Notes under the pieces: generated by a model | Databases searched by the model: none | The model's input: only the letters and a program-made list of their open reading frames with translations | Told to the model about the DNA's origin: nothing | Made by a program: the position numbers and the translations under genes | From: Lingula anatina | Lineage: Eukaryota > Animalia > Brachiopoda | Assembly: GCA_051362555.1 (NCBI GenBank) | Contig: CM120645.1 | Coordinates: 806,001-870,000 of the forward strand | Direction: 5' to 3' | DNA length: 64,000 nt | In this document: in pieces, positions 1 through 13,176 of the stretch | Layout of the letters: each line of letters opens with the position of its first letter | Numbering within the stretch: the first letter of the stretch is position 1

Positions 1-285
1 AGTTTTCTTGGATATAAAGAATAATATGTACTGTATTTCTCTATGTAAAGAGGGAAGTTCATATTTAATTTGCCAATTTGTTCTTAATGTAACAGAAATA
101 ATAATCCCTGCCATTTCTTTGTTTCAACTGAGAAGATGCAGAGAAACAAGGAACAATCAGCTGACGTTTCAAGTAAAAGGCCTCTTTTGGCCTTAGACTC
201 ATTCTGCCCGTTAGTGGTTGATAATGAAACTAGACCGAGTGACTTGATGTTGTTTCTCCTCTCTCTCTCAGAACTCGGAAAGAGT

Positions 286-3200
286 TCATGTCAATTCTGC
301 CTTGCTTGCCTCAAATCCAGACGGAATATCGGCATTGATGCTATAGTCTCCAGAGTCGAGCACAGTGAAGTCCTCAGAATGGTCGTACAACGGGTTCTTA
401 CTCGGACCGATGTCAAAATCCTCCTCCCCACTTCCTGTTGCACTGTTTGTGTCGAAAGGCGTGCTATCGTAGCCGGACGTCATGGAGGCATCGATGCGAG
501 GCGTCTGATAGGGCAGGCTGACCTGGTCGTCTTCGACGCCCCCCTCGTCCATGTGAGATTTGTATGAAAACAAAAGATTCAACCTCGGAGTTCTGAAAAA
601 GGAAACAAAATATTTCTTAATTTTGGAACAATAAGTTATTTTGAAAGTGTTTCATCAGATGTACTTTGTAAAATAGACAGAAGATATTGAGTGAAATAAA
701 TAGAATATATCTTGAGAAGAATGTTCATCTACAAAACTTCTTTTCTAAAAACACTATTATGCTATTTATTAGTTCTATGCAAGGAAACATTTCAGAGTAT
801 ATGAAGGAAGTAAGCAAGAATTAAAATAATCAAACAACTCGTTTTATGAAGCAAAATACAGATATCGAAAAACTATGACCAATGTTATATTTCAAATGGA
901 CTTAATTTCTCACCCAAAAAATTTCCACAAAAATGTACAAAACACAAGCGGTGCAAACATGGAAAAGTAAAGATAGGCGGCGACGTCCACCACACACATG
1001 CCTTCGATTGCACCCATTTCTAAAGCCGCGCTGCCAATAACTTCACCCAGATTTAGCAATGCTAGTATGCCGCAGTAGATATAGAAACTCTTCTTAGCTG
1101 TAATGTGTAAAAAAAATGTGACATAAGTTTAATATTTGTATTGGTTTTAAAACACGCACATAATTTATATAATATATAAATTTAAATATATCAGTATGCT
1201 AAAAATTTGATGTTATTGAAGCAAACTTAAATGCTTTGCACGTCACTTTTGAGATGCTTTCAATATGACATTCCCGGCAGAGAGTTTCACCCTTATTGCT
1301 GAAAAATTAACCCCGCCTCATGACATTCTGAAAAATGTTCTAGTCACATTTAAAGTCATGCAGTATCAAAGGACTTATTTTAGATAATCCTATGATTCTC
1401 ATTGTGTTGCTTGAACATGATCTGTTACTTACATGGCAAGTTGAGCTTGTCCTTGAGTGGGGTATACGGCAAGACAAGTACCGTGATGTACACCTTTATA
1501 TATAGTTGAAATACACAAGTATTATCATCAAGTAAAACATGCGTCTGTATAATTGTACAAGTAAATATAATAAGTCATTCCATTTCAAATCTTTTCTAAC
1601 AGTAAAAATATTACTGCAGGTACCATTATATCTTGTTAGGTTTCTAGTGTGCCTAAATTAGTAAAATGCGAAATAAATAATTTAAAAGAGTCTCAAAAGG
1701 CTTTTATATATTAAAACAATTCTTATAAAAACACATCTTAGTTAATACAGTCAAGCCTTGGTGATCTTGGCAAACTTACCACTAAGAAGAATGCCGCACT
1801 GGCACACAAAAAGATCATTCCTCCATGAGCAAAAATATCATAATTTTCTCCCTCCAAGTAATATTTCTTGTCATGGTAATGGAACTCCAATACACCCTGA
1901 AAAAAGAGGAAAAAAATCATAAATATTATTAGTGAAGATATTACTGGTTGTAAAGAATAAGTGAATAATTTTGGAAATATTACACATTTTTTCTACTGTC
2001 ACAAAAGTCCATGAAAATGACCCAAAAAATTTTAAGATATTACTGGCAAATATATCATTTCAAATGGAGACAAATATCTTTTAAGCATGTAGTGGGGGTA
2101 AAAATCTGTCACAAATTCAACCCAAAATCAAACTCTTTAAACAATTTGAAACTAAACAAACAGGAAAAAACTCACACCTACCTGTGTTATTGAATAGATT
2201 GCTGCAAGGAAACAAGTAATTGCCAGGACTCTCCTGATACTGGTTCTGCTGTCCAGGTGACCTGGAATAGAACAGCGGTCAGGTGATTATCATGACACTG
2301 GGAGATACACATGACACTGGGAGGTAAACATGACGCTAGGAGGTAGACATGACACTTGGAGATAAACATGAGACTGGGAGATAAACATGACACTGGGAGC
2401 GCTGGGAGATAAACATGAAACTGGAAGACAAACATGGCACTCGGAGACAAAAATGATGCTGAGAAATGAACATGACACTAGGAGATGTCCATGACACTGA
2501 GAACCCAATATACATTAATGTAAGCAATTATTTTGTATGACTATTCAAGTTGACAACAGTACACTGCAAACTTACCAAACAACAGTCCAAAAATGACAAC
2601 AGACATTTCTGTAGCTAACAAGAAAAATCTCAGCACCAACCATAATATCTGGAAAAGAATGACCAAAATTTTATCAACTGGAAATTTAAAACAATAATGT
2701 GTTAAAAGCAACAAACTTGTGGAAAATTCTATTCTTACATATCAAAAGATTCTCCATCTCAAGCATGTCTGCTTGCGTGTCTTTTGGTTTCATTTGTTTG
2801 TTTGCATTTTTGTTTGTCTGCTATTTGCTAACTTGCCCACTTCCTGTATTATTTTGTCTTTCTGTTTCTTTGTCTATCTGGCTACCTGTTAGTTTGCCTG
2901 CATGTTAGTTTTCCCGCCTGTCTGTCTTTCTGTCTCACTATAAAGAAACCTCACCTTATCTGCTATATTATGGTGACTCACTATCATGGCTATTACTGCA
3001 CGGATCACTCCAATTATACAGATCACCCACACCTGGAGAGATGGAAAATTTTTAATAAAATATACATTAAATTTAATTCATATTCAATTTATTTATTGAA
3101 AAAAAAAGCCCAATGAAATCATCAAGTTAAAATAACAAGACTTCTGTATCTCCTTACACTATGATCTCTGGACAACTTCAATAAAATCTTCCTTCAAGTA

Positions 3201-6200
3201 CTTCCTTCTCTCCATGAGTCTCATCCAGAGACAATCCTGTTGTACTGCAATTGTGTCTTTTGTCCCCTTCAGCAGTTCTTAACCCTTGTCTTTTAAACCT
3301 CTCCTCAAACCATCATTTTGAACTGGTATGCAAGGCATTTTTTTTCTCCACCTACTTTATATTTTTCTCGAAACTTGCCAATAAATTAACCCAGTACAAG
3401 CTTTAGTATCAATTTTGTTCTCATGGCACGTCCAAGCAATCACCAAAGTGTAAATACTGAGCAGAAAACAACTAACCGAGGGTATATCACAGCGTAATCT
3501 AAACAAAAACATCCCACAGGGAGTAGTACTGACCAGAGTGTAAAAAGCTGTGAAGATAGGGCTGCCTGTGGTGCCGAGTTTCTGTAGCGCTGTTCGTATC
3601 CTCAGTAGCATGAAGATGGCAAATATCACGTTGGGAACCAGGATCATCAAGTCCCAGATACGGACACTGATTTGAAAAAAAAAAAAAAACTTACACAGAG
3701 GATATAGTAGAGGTGTTAGGTGAATAACAATCAAGATTTTAAAAAATACAAAACAGAAATATTAACTTTTAAAAAGACTTCAAAGCACTAAGAAAATGAC
3801 TAAATTAAAGAAAATATTAAGCATCAAACTGTCTTTATCTTTAAACAATCAAAATCACTTAAAATAACTGGTGGTGAACATTTTTCAGCTCTAAAAAATT
3901 CTGAATGTTATTCTACTTTTCAAGGTTTACAAGTATTAAGAATGTAAATCTATTCATATATGTTTACACCTTTTTAACTGTGTATTCCATAAATTCATAT
4001 CAATGTCGTCAAATCTTTATATCAATAAGGGGTTCTCAATCAATTAAATTTCAATTCATCAATAAATTAAATGTGATTAACAAAAGAGATATACATTTCA
4101 ATAAAATTTTATGACAGCATTACTTACTGTGAGTCGTTGATATCTTCGTACAGAATCCATTGGCATGGTGGCAGTGTGATTATAGAGGGCGCTGGTAGTG
4201 GTGTGGAGGCGTTGGGAGGCCGTGCTGTGCTAAGGTTGCCTGGAAAGATGGTGAATTCAGTGCTGGTGTTGTGATATTTGCTGCTGCACTTCTGATTACT
4301 TCATAAATCAAAGATGAGGAAAAAGCTTAAGATCTGAACCTTGAAGAACCTGCAGCTTAACCCAACTCAGTGTGTGAAATATCAGAAAAAGAAAAAGGAT
4401 TATCTATACAGGGGTGGATCCAGAGATACTTTCTGACTAATAATCTTTGTTGAACCATCCTCCAGTTTTGACAATTTTCTGACGGTAAAAAATGAGATAT
4501 TCCCCAGTGTAAATTTGAAAATCTGACCATTTTCTAGAGGACCCAGAAGACGGCCTCAGTCTGCATCTGCTATTGGCTTTCTTGTAGACATAGAGAAGAA
4601 ACCCAACCCCCCTGCCTCCTGAATTCCTCCATTTTTTTATCATTGTACACAAAATCCAGCCACTTAGTAAACTTGACCCTTTTTGATCCATGAAGTGACA
4701 TTCAGCAAGCAATTATACTATAATAATAAATGAAGAAGAAGTCTATATCATATCTCCATGTTATCTAGCTTTGATGCTCTATCAATGCCCAGATAGCAGT
4801 TTTAATTACATGTCATTGTGGGTAACAGTTACAGATTAGATAAGCTGATTATGTAAACACAATAGTGATAAGGGCAGTCCAGACTGTTATTCTTCAGTTT
4901 ACATATTGACTTTGTAACTATTATTCTAATTTGATTACTCTTCATCATAACAATTGAAACTAGAGGATCAGAGAGGCGATACCGCCTCCGAATATTGTAC
5001 CACCAGCTGGAGCAAGCGCATTCGTATAGACCCCCACATACACAAAATAAGGGACACAGCCACCAGTTTTGTGCTTGACAAGCTGTAAAAATGCAATCAA
5101 CAAGAATTTTTAAACTATTGCAAAAAACATATATGGTACAATCAAATTTAAGTTCTTCGTAAGGTAGGTCCAGGGTCAATTTCAAGGTCACAGTAAATTG
5201 CCAGTATATGACTTCATATTCAAGTTCAAGAATAACTATGAACCTATCTCTGTCAAGTTTGAAGTTAAAAGAGAAAAAAAGTTCAGTTCATGATAAAAAG
5301 TAGGTCAAAGGTCAATTTCAAGGTCACACTTATATTGCCAGTATAGGACTTCCTATTCAAGTTTAATAATAACTATGGACCTATCTCTGTCAGTTTTGGA
5401 GATAAAACGGAAGCAAAATTTGCAAAATTCAGTTCATGGTGAAAAGTAGGTCAAAGGTCAATTTCAAGGTCACATTTAGATTGCCAGTATATGACTTTCT
5501 ATTCAAGTTCAATAGTAACGATGGACCTATCTCTGCCAGTTTTGGAGATAAAAGGAAAGCAAAATTTGCAAAGTTCAGTTCATGGTGAAAAGTAGGTCAA
5601 AGGTCAATATTAAGGTCACATTTATATTGCCAGTATATGACTTCCTATTCAAGTTCAATAGTAACTATGGACCTATCTCTGCTATTTTGGAGATATAAGG
5701 GACTAAATGTTATTATTTTGGAGTTACCATAATGTGCCTTAAATTTCGTACAGAAAAAATTAATTAAACAAAGAAAATGTCATTTTGGTCAAAATTCTTG
5801 AAATAGGAGGTGCTCTGAAGTTTCAGAAGTTCAAGTTTGATGAAATAATGTCATTTTTGAACACAAGTTGTCTGCTTTGCCAAGCCTTATGTTTTATTTT
5901 TCCAGAGTTCAAAATTTATTATCCATTACCGTACTGCACATTTTGCTTTTACCACCAATATGTACTTTTTGATACAGCGTAACTCGAAAACCGTATGGAA
6001 TACAAAAAAACCGAGACCACCTCCAGTATTGGGCTTTACATGCAAAGTTCAGTTCATGGTGAAAAGTAGGTCAAAGGTCAATTTTAAGGTCACATTTATA
6101 TTGCCAGTATATGACTTCCTATTCAAGTTCAATAGTAACTATGGACCTATCTCTGCCAGTTTTGGAGATAAAAGGGAAGCAAAATTTGCAAAGTTAAGTT

Positions 6201-9200
6201 CATGGTGAAAAGTAGGTCAAAGGTCAATTTTAAGGTCACATTTAGATTGCCAGTATATGACTTCCTATTCAAGTTCAATAGTAACTATGGACCTATCTCT
6301 GCCAGTTTTGGAGATAAAAGGGAAGCAAAATTTGCAAAGTTCAGTTCATGGTGAAAAGTAGGTCAAAGGTCAATTTTAAGGTCACATTTAGATTGCCAGT
6401 ATATGACTTCCTATTCAATTTCAATAGTAACTATGGACCTATCTCTGCCAGTTTTGGAGATAAAAGGGAAGCAAAATTTGCAAAGTTCAGTTCATGGTGA
6501 AAAGTAGGTCAAAGGTCAATTTTAAGGTCACATTTAGATTGCCAGTATATGACTTCCTATTCAAGTTCAATAGTAACTATGAACCTATCTCTGCCAGTTT
6601 TGGAGATATAAGGGACTAAATGTTATAATTTTGGAGTTACCATAATGTGCCTTAAATTTCGTACAGAAAAAATTAATTAAAATAAAGAAAATGTCATTTT
6701 GGTCAAAATTCTTGAAATAGGAGGTGCTCTGAAGTTTCAGAAGTTCAAGTTTGATGAAATAATGTCATTTTTGAACACAAGTTGTCTGCTTTGCCAAGCC
6801 TTATGTTTTATTTTTCCAGAGTTCAAAATTTATTATCCATTACCGTACTGCACATTTTGCTTTTACCACCAATATGTACTTTTTGATACAGCGTAACTCG
6901 AAAACCGTATGGAATACAAAAAAACCGAGACCACCTCCAGTATTGGGCTTTACATGCAAAGTTCAGTTCATGGTGAAAAGTAGGTCAAAGGTCAATTTTA
7001 AGGTCACATTTAGATTGCCAGTATATGACTTCCTATTCAAGTTCAATAGTAACTATGGACCTATCTCTGCCAGTTTTGGAGATAAAAGGGAAGCAAAATT
7101 TGCAAAGTTCAGTTCATGGTGAAAAGTAGGTCAAAGGTCAATTTTAAGGTCACATTTAGATTGCCAGTATATGACTTCCTATTCAAGTTCAATAGTAACT
7201 ATGGACCTATCTCTGCCAGTTTTGGAGATATAAGGGACTAAATGTTATTATTTTGGAGTTACCATAATGTGCCTTAAATTTCGTACAGAAAAAATTAATT
7301 AAAATAAAGAAAATGTCATTTTGGTCAAAATTCTTGAAATAGGAGGTGCTCTGAAGTTTCAGAAGTTCAAGTTTGATGAAATAATGTCATTTTTGAACAC
7401 AAGTTGTCTGCTTTGCCAAGCCTTATGTTTTATTTTTCCAGAGTTCAAAATTTATTATCCATTACCGTACTGCACATTTTGCTTTTACCACCAATATGTA
7501 CTTTTTGATACAGCGTAACTCGAAAACCGTATGGAATACAAAAAAACCCGAGACCACCTCCAGTATTGGGCTTTACATGCAAAGTTCAGTTCATGGTGAA
7601 AAGTAGGTCAAAGGTCAATTTTAAGGTCACATTTAATTGCCAGTATATGACTTCCTATTCAAGTTCAGTAGTAACTATGGACCTATCTCTGCCAGTTTTG
7701 GAGATAAAAGGGAAGCAAAATTTGCAAAGTTCAGTTCATGGTGAAAAGTAGGTCAAAGGTCAATTTTAAGGTCACATTTAGATTGCCAGTATATGACTTC
7801 CTATTCAAGTTCAATAGTAACTATGGACCTATCTCTGCCAGTTTTGGAGATATAAGGGACTAAATGTTATAATTTTGGAGTTACCATAATGTGCCTTAAA
7901 TTTCGTACAGAAAAAATTAATTAAAATAAAGAAAATGTCATTTTGGTCAAAATTCTTGAAATAGGAGGTGCTCTGAAGTTTCAGAAGTTCAAGTTTGATG
8001 AAATAATGTCATTTTTGAACACAAGTTGTCTGCTTTGCCAAGCCTTATGTTTTATTTTTCCAGAGTTCAAAATTTATTATCCATTACCGTACTGCACATT
8101 TTGCTTTTACCACCAATATGTACTTTTTGATACAGCGTAACTCGAAAACCGTATGGAATACAAAAAAACCCGAGACCACCTCCAGTATTGGGCTTTACAT
8201 GCAAAGTTCAGTTCATGGTGAAAAGTAGGTCAAAGGTCAATTTTAAGGTCACATTTAATTGCCAGTATATGACTTCCTATTCAAGTTCAGTAGTAACTAT
8301 GGACCTATCTCTGCCAGTTTTGGAGATAAAAGGGAAGCAAAATTTGCAAAGTTCAGTTCATGGTGAAAAGTAGGTCAAAGGTCAATTTTAAGGTCACATT
8401 TAGATTGCCAGTATATGACTTCCTATTCAAGTTCAATAGTAACTATGAACCTATCTCTGCCAGTTTTGGAGATAAAACGGAAGCAAATTTTGCAAAGTTC
8501 AGTTTATGGTGAAAAGTAGGTCAAAGGTCAATTTTAAGGTCACATTTAGATTGCCAGTATATGACTTCCTATTCAAGTTCAATAGTAACTACAGACCTAT
8601 CTCAGCCAGTTTTGGAGATAAAAGGAAAGCAAAATTTGCAAAGTTCAGTTCATGGTGAAAAGTAGGTCAAAGGTCAATTTTAAGGTCACATTTAGATTGC
8701 CAGTATATGACTTCCTATTCAAGTTCAATAGTAACTATGGACCTATCAGTTCATGGTGAAAAGTAGGTCAAAGGTCAATTTTAAGGTCACATTTATATTG
8801 CCAGTATATGACTTCCTATTCAAGTTCAATAGTAACTATGGACCTATCTCTGCCAGTTTTGGAGATAAAAGGGAAGCAAAATTTGCAAAGTTCAGTTCAT
8901 GGTGAAAAGTAAGTCAAAGGTCAATTTTAAGGTCACATTTAGATTGCCAGTATATGACTTCCTATTCAAGTTCAATAGTAACTATGGACCTATCTCTGCC
9001 AGTTTTGGAGATAAAAGGGAAGCAAAATTTGCAAAGTTCAGTTTATGGTGAAAAGTAGGTCAAAGGTCAATTTTAAGGTCACATTTATATTGCCAGTATA
9101 TGACTTCCTATTCAAGTTCAATAGTAACTATGGACCTATCTCTGCCAGTTTTGGAGATAAAAGGGAAGCAAAATTTGCAAAGTTCAGTTCATGGTGAAAA

Positions 9201-12200
9201 GTAGGTCAAAGGTCAATTTTAAGGTCACATTTAGATTGCCAGTATATGACTTCCTATTCAATTTCAATAGTAACTATAGACCTATCTCTGCCAGTTTTGG
9301 AGATAAAAGGGAAGCAAAATTTGCAAAGTTCAGTTCATGGTGAAAAGTAGGTCAAAGGTCAATTTTAAGGTCACATTTATATTGCCAGTATATGACTTCC
9401 TATTCAAGTTCAATAGTAACTATGAACCTATCTCTGCCAGTTTTGGAGATATAAGGGACTAAATGTTATAATTTTGGAGTTACCATAATGTGCCTTAAAT
9501 TTCGTACAGAAAAAATTAATTAAAATAAAGAAAATGTCATTTTGGTCAAAATTCTTGAAATAGGAGGTGCTCTGAAGTTTCAGAAGTTCAAGTTTGATGA
9601 AATAATGTCATTTTTGAACACATTGTCTGCTTTGCCAAGCCTTATGTTTTATTTTTCCAGAGTTCAAAATTTATTATCCATTACCGTACTGCACATTTTG
9701 CTTTTACCACCAATATGTACTTTTTGATACAGCGTAACTCGAAAACCGTATGGAATACAAAAAAACCGAGACCACCTCCAGTATTAGGCTTTACATGCAA
9801 AGTTCAGTTCATGGTGAAAAGTAGGTCAAAGGTCAATTTTAAGGTCACATTTAGATTGCCAGTATATGACTTCCTATTCAAGTTCAATAGTAACTATGGA
9901 CCTATCTCTGCCAGTTTTGGAGATAAAAGGGAAGCAAAATTTGCAAAGTTCAGTTCATGGTGAAAAGTAGGTCAAAGGTCAATTTTAAGGTCACATTTAG
10001 ATTGCCAGTATATGACTTCCTATTCAAGTTCAATAGTAACTATGGACCTATCTCTGCCAGTTTTGGAGATATAAGGGACTAAATGTTATAATTTTGGAGT
10101 TACCATAATGTGCCTTAAATTTCGTACAGAAAAAATTAATTAAAATAAAGAAAATGTCATTTTGGTCAAAATTCTTGAAATAGGAGGTGCTCTGAAGTTT
10201 CAGAAGTTCAAGTTTGATGAAATAATGTCATTTTTGAACACATTGTCTGCTTTGCCAAGCCTTATGTTTTATTTTTCCAGAGTTCAAAATTTATTATCCA
10301 TTACCGTACTGCACATTTTGCTTTTACCACCAATATGTACTTTTTGATACAGCGTAACTCGAAAACCGTATGGAATACAAAAAAACCCGAGACCACCTCC
10401 AGTATTGGGCTTTACATGCAAAGTTCAGTTCATGGTGAAAAGTAGGTCAAAGGTCAATTTTAAGGTCACATTTAATTGCCAGTATATGACTTCCTATTCA
10501 AGTTCAGTAGTAACTATGGACCTATCTCTGCCAGTTTTGGAGATAAAAGGGAAGCAAAATTTGCAAAGTTCAGTTCATGGTGAAAAGTAGGTCAAAGGTC
10601 AATTTTAAGGTCACATTTAGATTGCCAGTATATGACTTCCTATTCAAGTTCAATAGTAACTATGGACCTATCTCTGCCAGTTTTGGAGATAAAACGGAAG
10701 CAAATTTTGCAAAGTTCAGTTTATGGTGAAAAGTAGGTCAAAGGTCAATTTTAAGGTCACATTTAGATTGCCAGTATATGACTTCCTATTCAAGTTCAAT
10801 AGTAACTACGGACCTATCTCAGCCAGTTTTGGAGATAAAAGGAAAGCAAAATTTGCAAAGTTCAGTTTATGGTGAAAAGTAGGTCAAAGGTCAATTTTAA
10901 GGTCACATATAGATTGCCAGTATATGACTTCCTATTCAAGTTCAATAGTAACTATGGGCCTATCTCTGCCAGTTTTGGAGATAAAAGGGAAGAAAAATTT
11001 GCAAAGTTCAGTTCATGGTGAAAAGTAGGTCAAAGGTCAATTTTAAGGTCACATATAGATTGCCAGTATATGACTTCCTATCCAACTTCAATAGTAACTA
11101 TAGACCTATCTCTGCCAGTTTTGGAGATATAAGGGACTAAATGCTATAATTTTGGAGTTACCATAATGTGCCTTAAATTTCGTACAGAAAAAATTAATTA
11201 AAATAAAGAAAATGTCATTTTGGTCAAAATTCTTGAAATAGGAGGTGCTCTGAAGTTTCAGAAGTTCAAATTTGATGAAATTATGTCATTTTTGAACACA
11301 AGTTGTCTGCTTTGCCAAGCCTAATGTTTTATTTTTCCAGAGTTCAAAATTTATTATCCATTACCGTACTGCACATTTTGCTTTTACCACCAATATGTAC
11401 TTTTTGATACAGCGTAACTCGAAAACCGTATGGAATACAAAAAAACCGAGACCACCTCCAGTGTTGGGCTTTACATGCTCTACAAAATGCAAAAAAGAAT
11501 GGGTCTCTAGCATTAACGGTTCCCGAATTAGAGACAGTTTTCAGTTTCGGTATCTTATGGCCGCTACTCCCGTGAAAATGCACCGATTGACCCTAAATTC
11601 ATGGAGATGAAAGATGACCTGAAGGGTAACACTTTCGGTCACTTTAAGGCTGTATTCCCAGAGCTTTTAGATTGATCTATCCCCGCGGGGAGTCACTAGA
11701 TTACTGTCAGAAAATCCGGCTTAAATGTCTGTCCCACCTACTACAAGCTGTAAGGGGGTAATTAACTTTTGTGTCCACTCGGCTGACAGCTATTTAGCGT
11801 GAACCCCCAGAGAGTTAGGTCGATCTAAAGTAGATCGATCTAATCTCTGGAAATGGGGTCTAAGACAAAACAGGATACAGCTTATCAAAGATTAAGTGAT
11901 AAAATAATTATTAAATTTAGACTAATTCCATTTGCCTGAAGTAAATCTTTATTTTCACATGCAAAGCAGTGAGCAGATTGTGAATGGTCTGAAAAGGGCA
12001 AATTGTGCTTTTAAATACAGGAAATATTGAGAACCCAGTGAGAGGTTAAATGAAGCTCAACATAAGCTCCACAGGTACTTGTGACAAACTGACCTCTGTA
12101 AAAATGCCTCTAAGCCTTACTGTAATTTTAATTTAAGTTTCCTAAATTCATATTGATACATTCATAATGTAAAAAACAAATGAATTCAAAATTGAGTTAA

Positions 12201-13176
12201 AAATTATCTGTGCACACTATGGATAACTCTTTTTCCCATTTCAGTTTCTTTCTTTACCTTTGCCAAAGTAAACTGCTTGAACCCTCACTGTGCAGACACC
12301 AGTTTGATTACAATAAGGCCAGACGACATCATGTCAGTTACACAGTTTACCACAGAGATGAAAGTGGACCATTAAAAACATCAGGAAAGGGTAAGCACCA
12401 AAGGTATGTACCAGTACCTCATCTTTTTTTTTTTTTTTTTTAAGGGGGAGGGGAAGGGGGGGGGGGGCAAGGCAACTGAAAATTTTTTAATCATTTTCTT
12501 AAGTTTACAAATATCTTAATTTCTGAATAAATCTGGACGGCTTTCATCTCTGCTACCATAACTGTTCTGAATGCTAGTCATGTACCTCTTCTGACAACCA
12601 TAAGTATCAACAGACATTGTTAGTATGTATTCACAAAATGGAAGGTCAGCAATGCTCGACCCATTACTGGACATTCCACCTGTTGTCATGGTTGCCATGG
12701 GAACTACAGAGGGATAAAGGAGTAAAAAGTACAATTGCTGAAATTAAAGACAAACTTAAGAAATTTACTTTTACTTTTTCGAAAAAAAAAAGTGGATTGG
12801 ACGGAGTATAGTGGTACTGACAAGACAGTTTACATCATTTTTTTAAACAAGGGTTCATTGGTCCTAAGGTTCTACAGTAAAGTGAACATTCGGACCAATG
12901 AACCTTCGAACTATTGCTACGGCCCCGAGCAAGATATAGCAGAATACAAGGTATTTATCACATTAAGTGCAAGCATTGAAGTAGAATATCAGAACATATA
13001 AATGTAGATAGTATTTACATATTATGAAAGACTGGTCCATTGTGGAGTTTTGAAATCAATACATAAATAAACAAATGTGTCAGGTACGCACCTTGTGAAG
13101 TGTTTCCTACCAGAGCTGCAGTATGGGTCTCTATCAGGGTGTCATCTGGGAGAAAGAAAGCTTTCTTCAGCCCCAT
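286..13176 (-). CDS. TPRA1: Transmembrane protein adipocyte-associated 1 (TPRA1/GPR175) homolog, 10 coding exons, ~409-411 aa
   Basis: Exons on the minus strand: 13176-13092 (ATG, MGLKKAFFLP...), either 12703-12586 or 4239-4128, then 3666-3534 (VRIWDLMILVPNVIFAIFM), 3032-2955, 2648-2576 (ILWLVLRFFLLATEMSVVIFGLLFG), 2261-2182 (HLDSRTSIRRVLAIT), 1896-1780 (DIFAHGGMIF), 1493-1433, 1097-914 (KKSFYIYCGILALLN...EGMCVVDVAAYLYFSMFAPLVF), 592-286 (LFSYKSHMDE, stop). All introns are GT-AG with consistent phases. The motifs match TPRA1 as I recall it (VRYWDLLLLIPN, LRFFLLAIELSV, GHLESKSSIKRVLAIT, SFYVYAGILALLN). Confidence 0.93.
2290..2500. repeat. Degenerate minisatellite (~19-22 bp unit, CATGACACTGGGAGATAAA) in a TPRA1 intron
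   Basis: About 10 imperfect copies are visible directly. They explain the repetitive ORFs at 2187-2527. Confidence 0.85.
4128..4239 (-). CDS. TPRA1: TPRA1 alternative exon 2B (GNLSTARPPNASTPLPAPSIITLPPCQWILYEDINDS)
   Basis: Acceptor catctttccag, donor gtaagt, 112 nt, phase 1 to 2. Contains the TPRA1 CxxxLYEDI motif and two N-glycosylation sequons (NLS, NAS). Confidence 0.85.
4960..11760 (-). mobile_element. Non-autonomous Helitron/Helentron-like (HINE-type) element carrying an expanded internal tandem array
   Basis: Read on the minus strand, the left end is a GC-rich hairpin (GAGGCG-atac-CGCCTC, 4973-4988) about 9 nt from CTAG (4960-4963), followed by T. This resembles a Helitron 3' terminus. 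The interior is tandem repeats with no transposase or RepHel ORF. The right boundary is approximate. Confidence 0.6.
5160..11480. repeat. Higher-order tandem array: ~28 copies of a 146-bp monomer interrupted by 7 copies of a ~330-bp block
   Basis: GAAAAGTAGG recurs at 5441/5587 and 6061/6207, giving a period of 146. The block is marked by the repeated ORF starts at 5785, 6699, 7321, 7943, 9542, 10162 and a copy at ~11220. Spacings are 914 (330+4x146), 622 (330+2x146), 622, 1599, 620 and ~1058. Confidence 0.97.
12586..12703 (-). CDS. TPRA1: TPRA1 candidate alternative exon 2A (VPMATMTTGGMSSNGSSIADLPFCEYILTMSVDTYGCQK)
   Basis: Acceptor ccctctgtag, weak donor AG|gtacat, 118 nt, phase 1 to 2. 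In frame with both exon 13176-13092 and exon 3666-3534. LPFCEYIL resembles LPPCQWIL of exon 2B. Confidence 0.6.

Noticed and set aside
136-567. Plus-strand 143-aa ORF
   Set aside because: It is the antisense shadow of the TPRA1 last exon.
5160-11480. CRISPR-like array or tandem small-gene cluster (repeated MVKILEIGG / MYFLIQRN ORFs)
   Set aside because: There are no unique spacers and no cas genes, and the context is a eukaryotic intron. The ORFs are by-products of the repeat and are frameshifted between copies.
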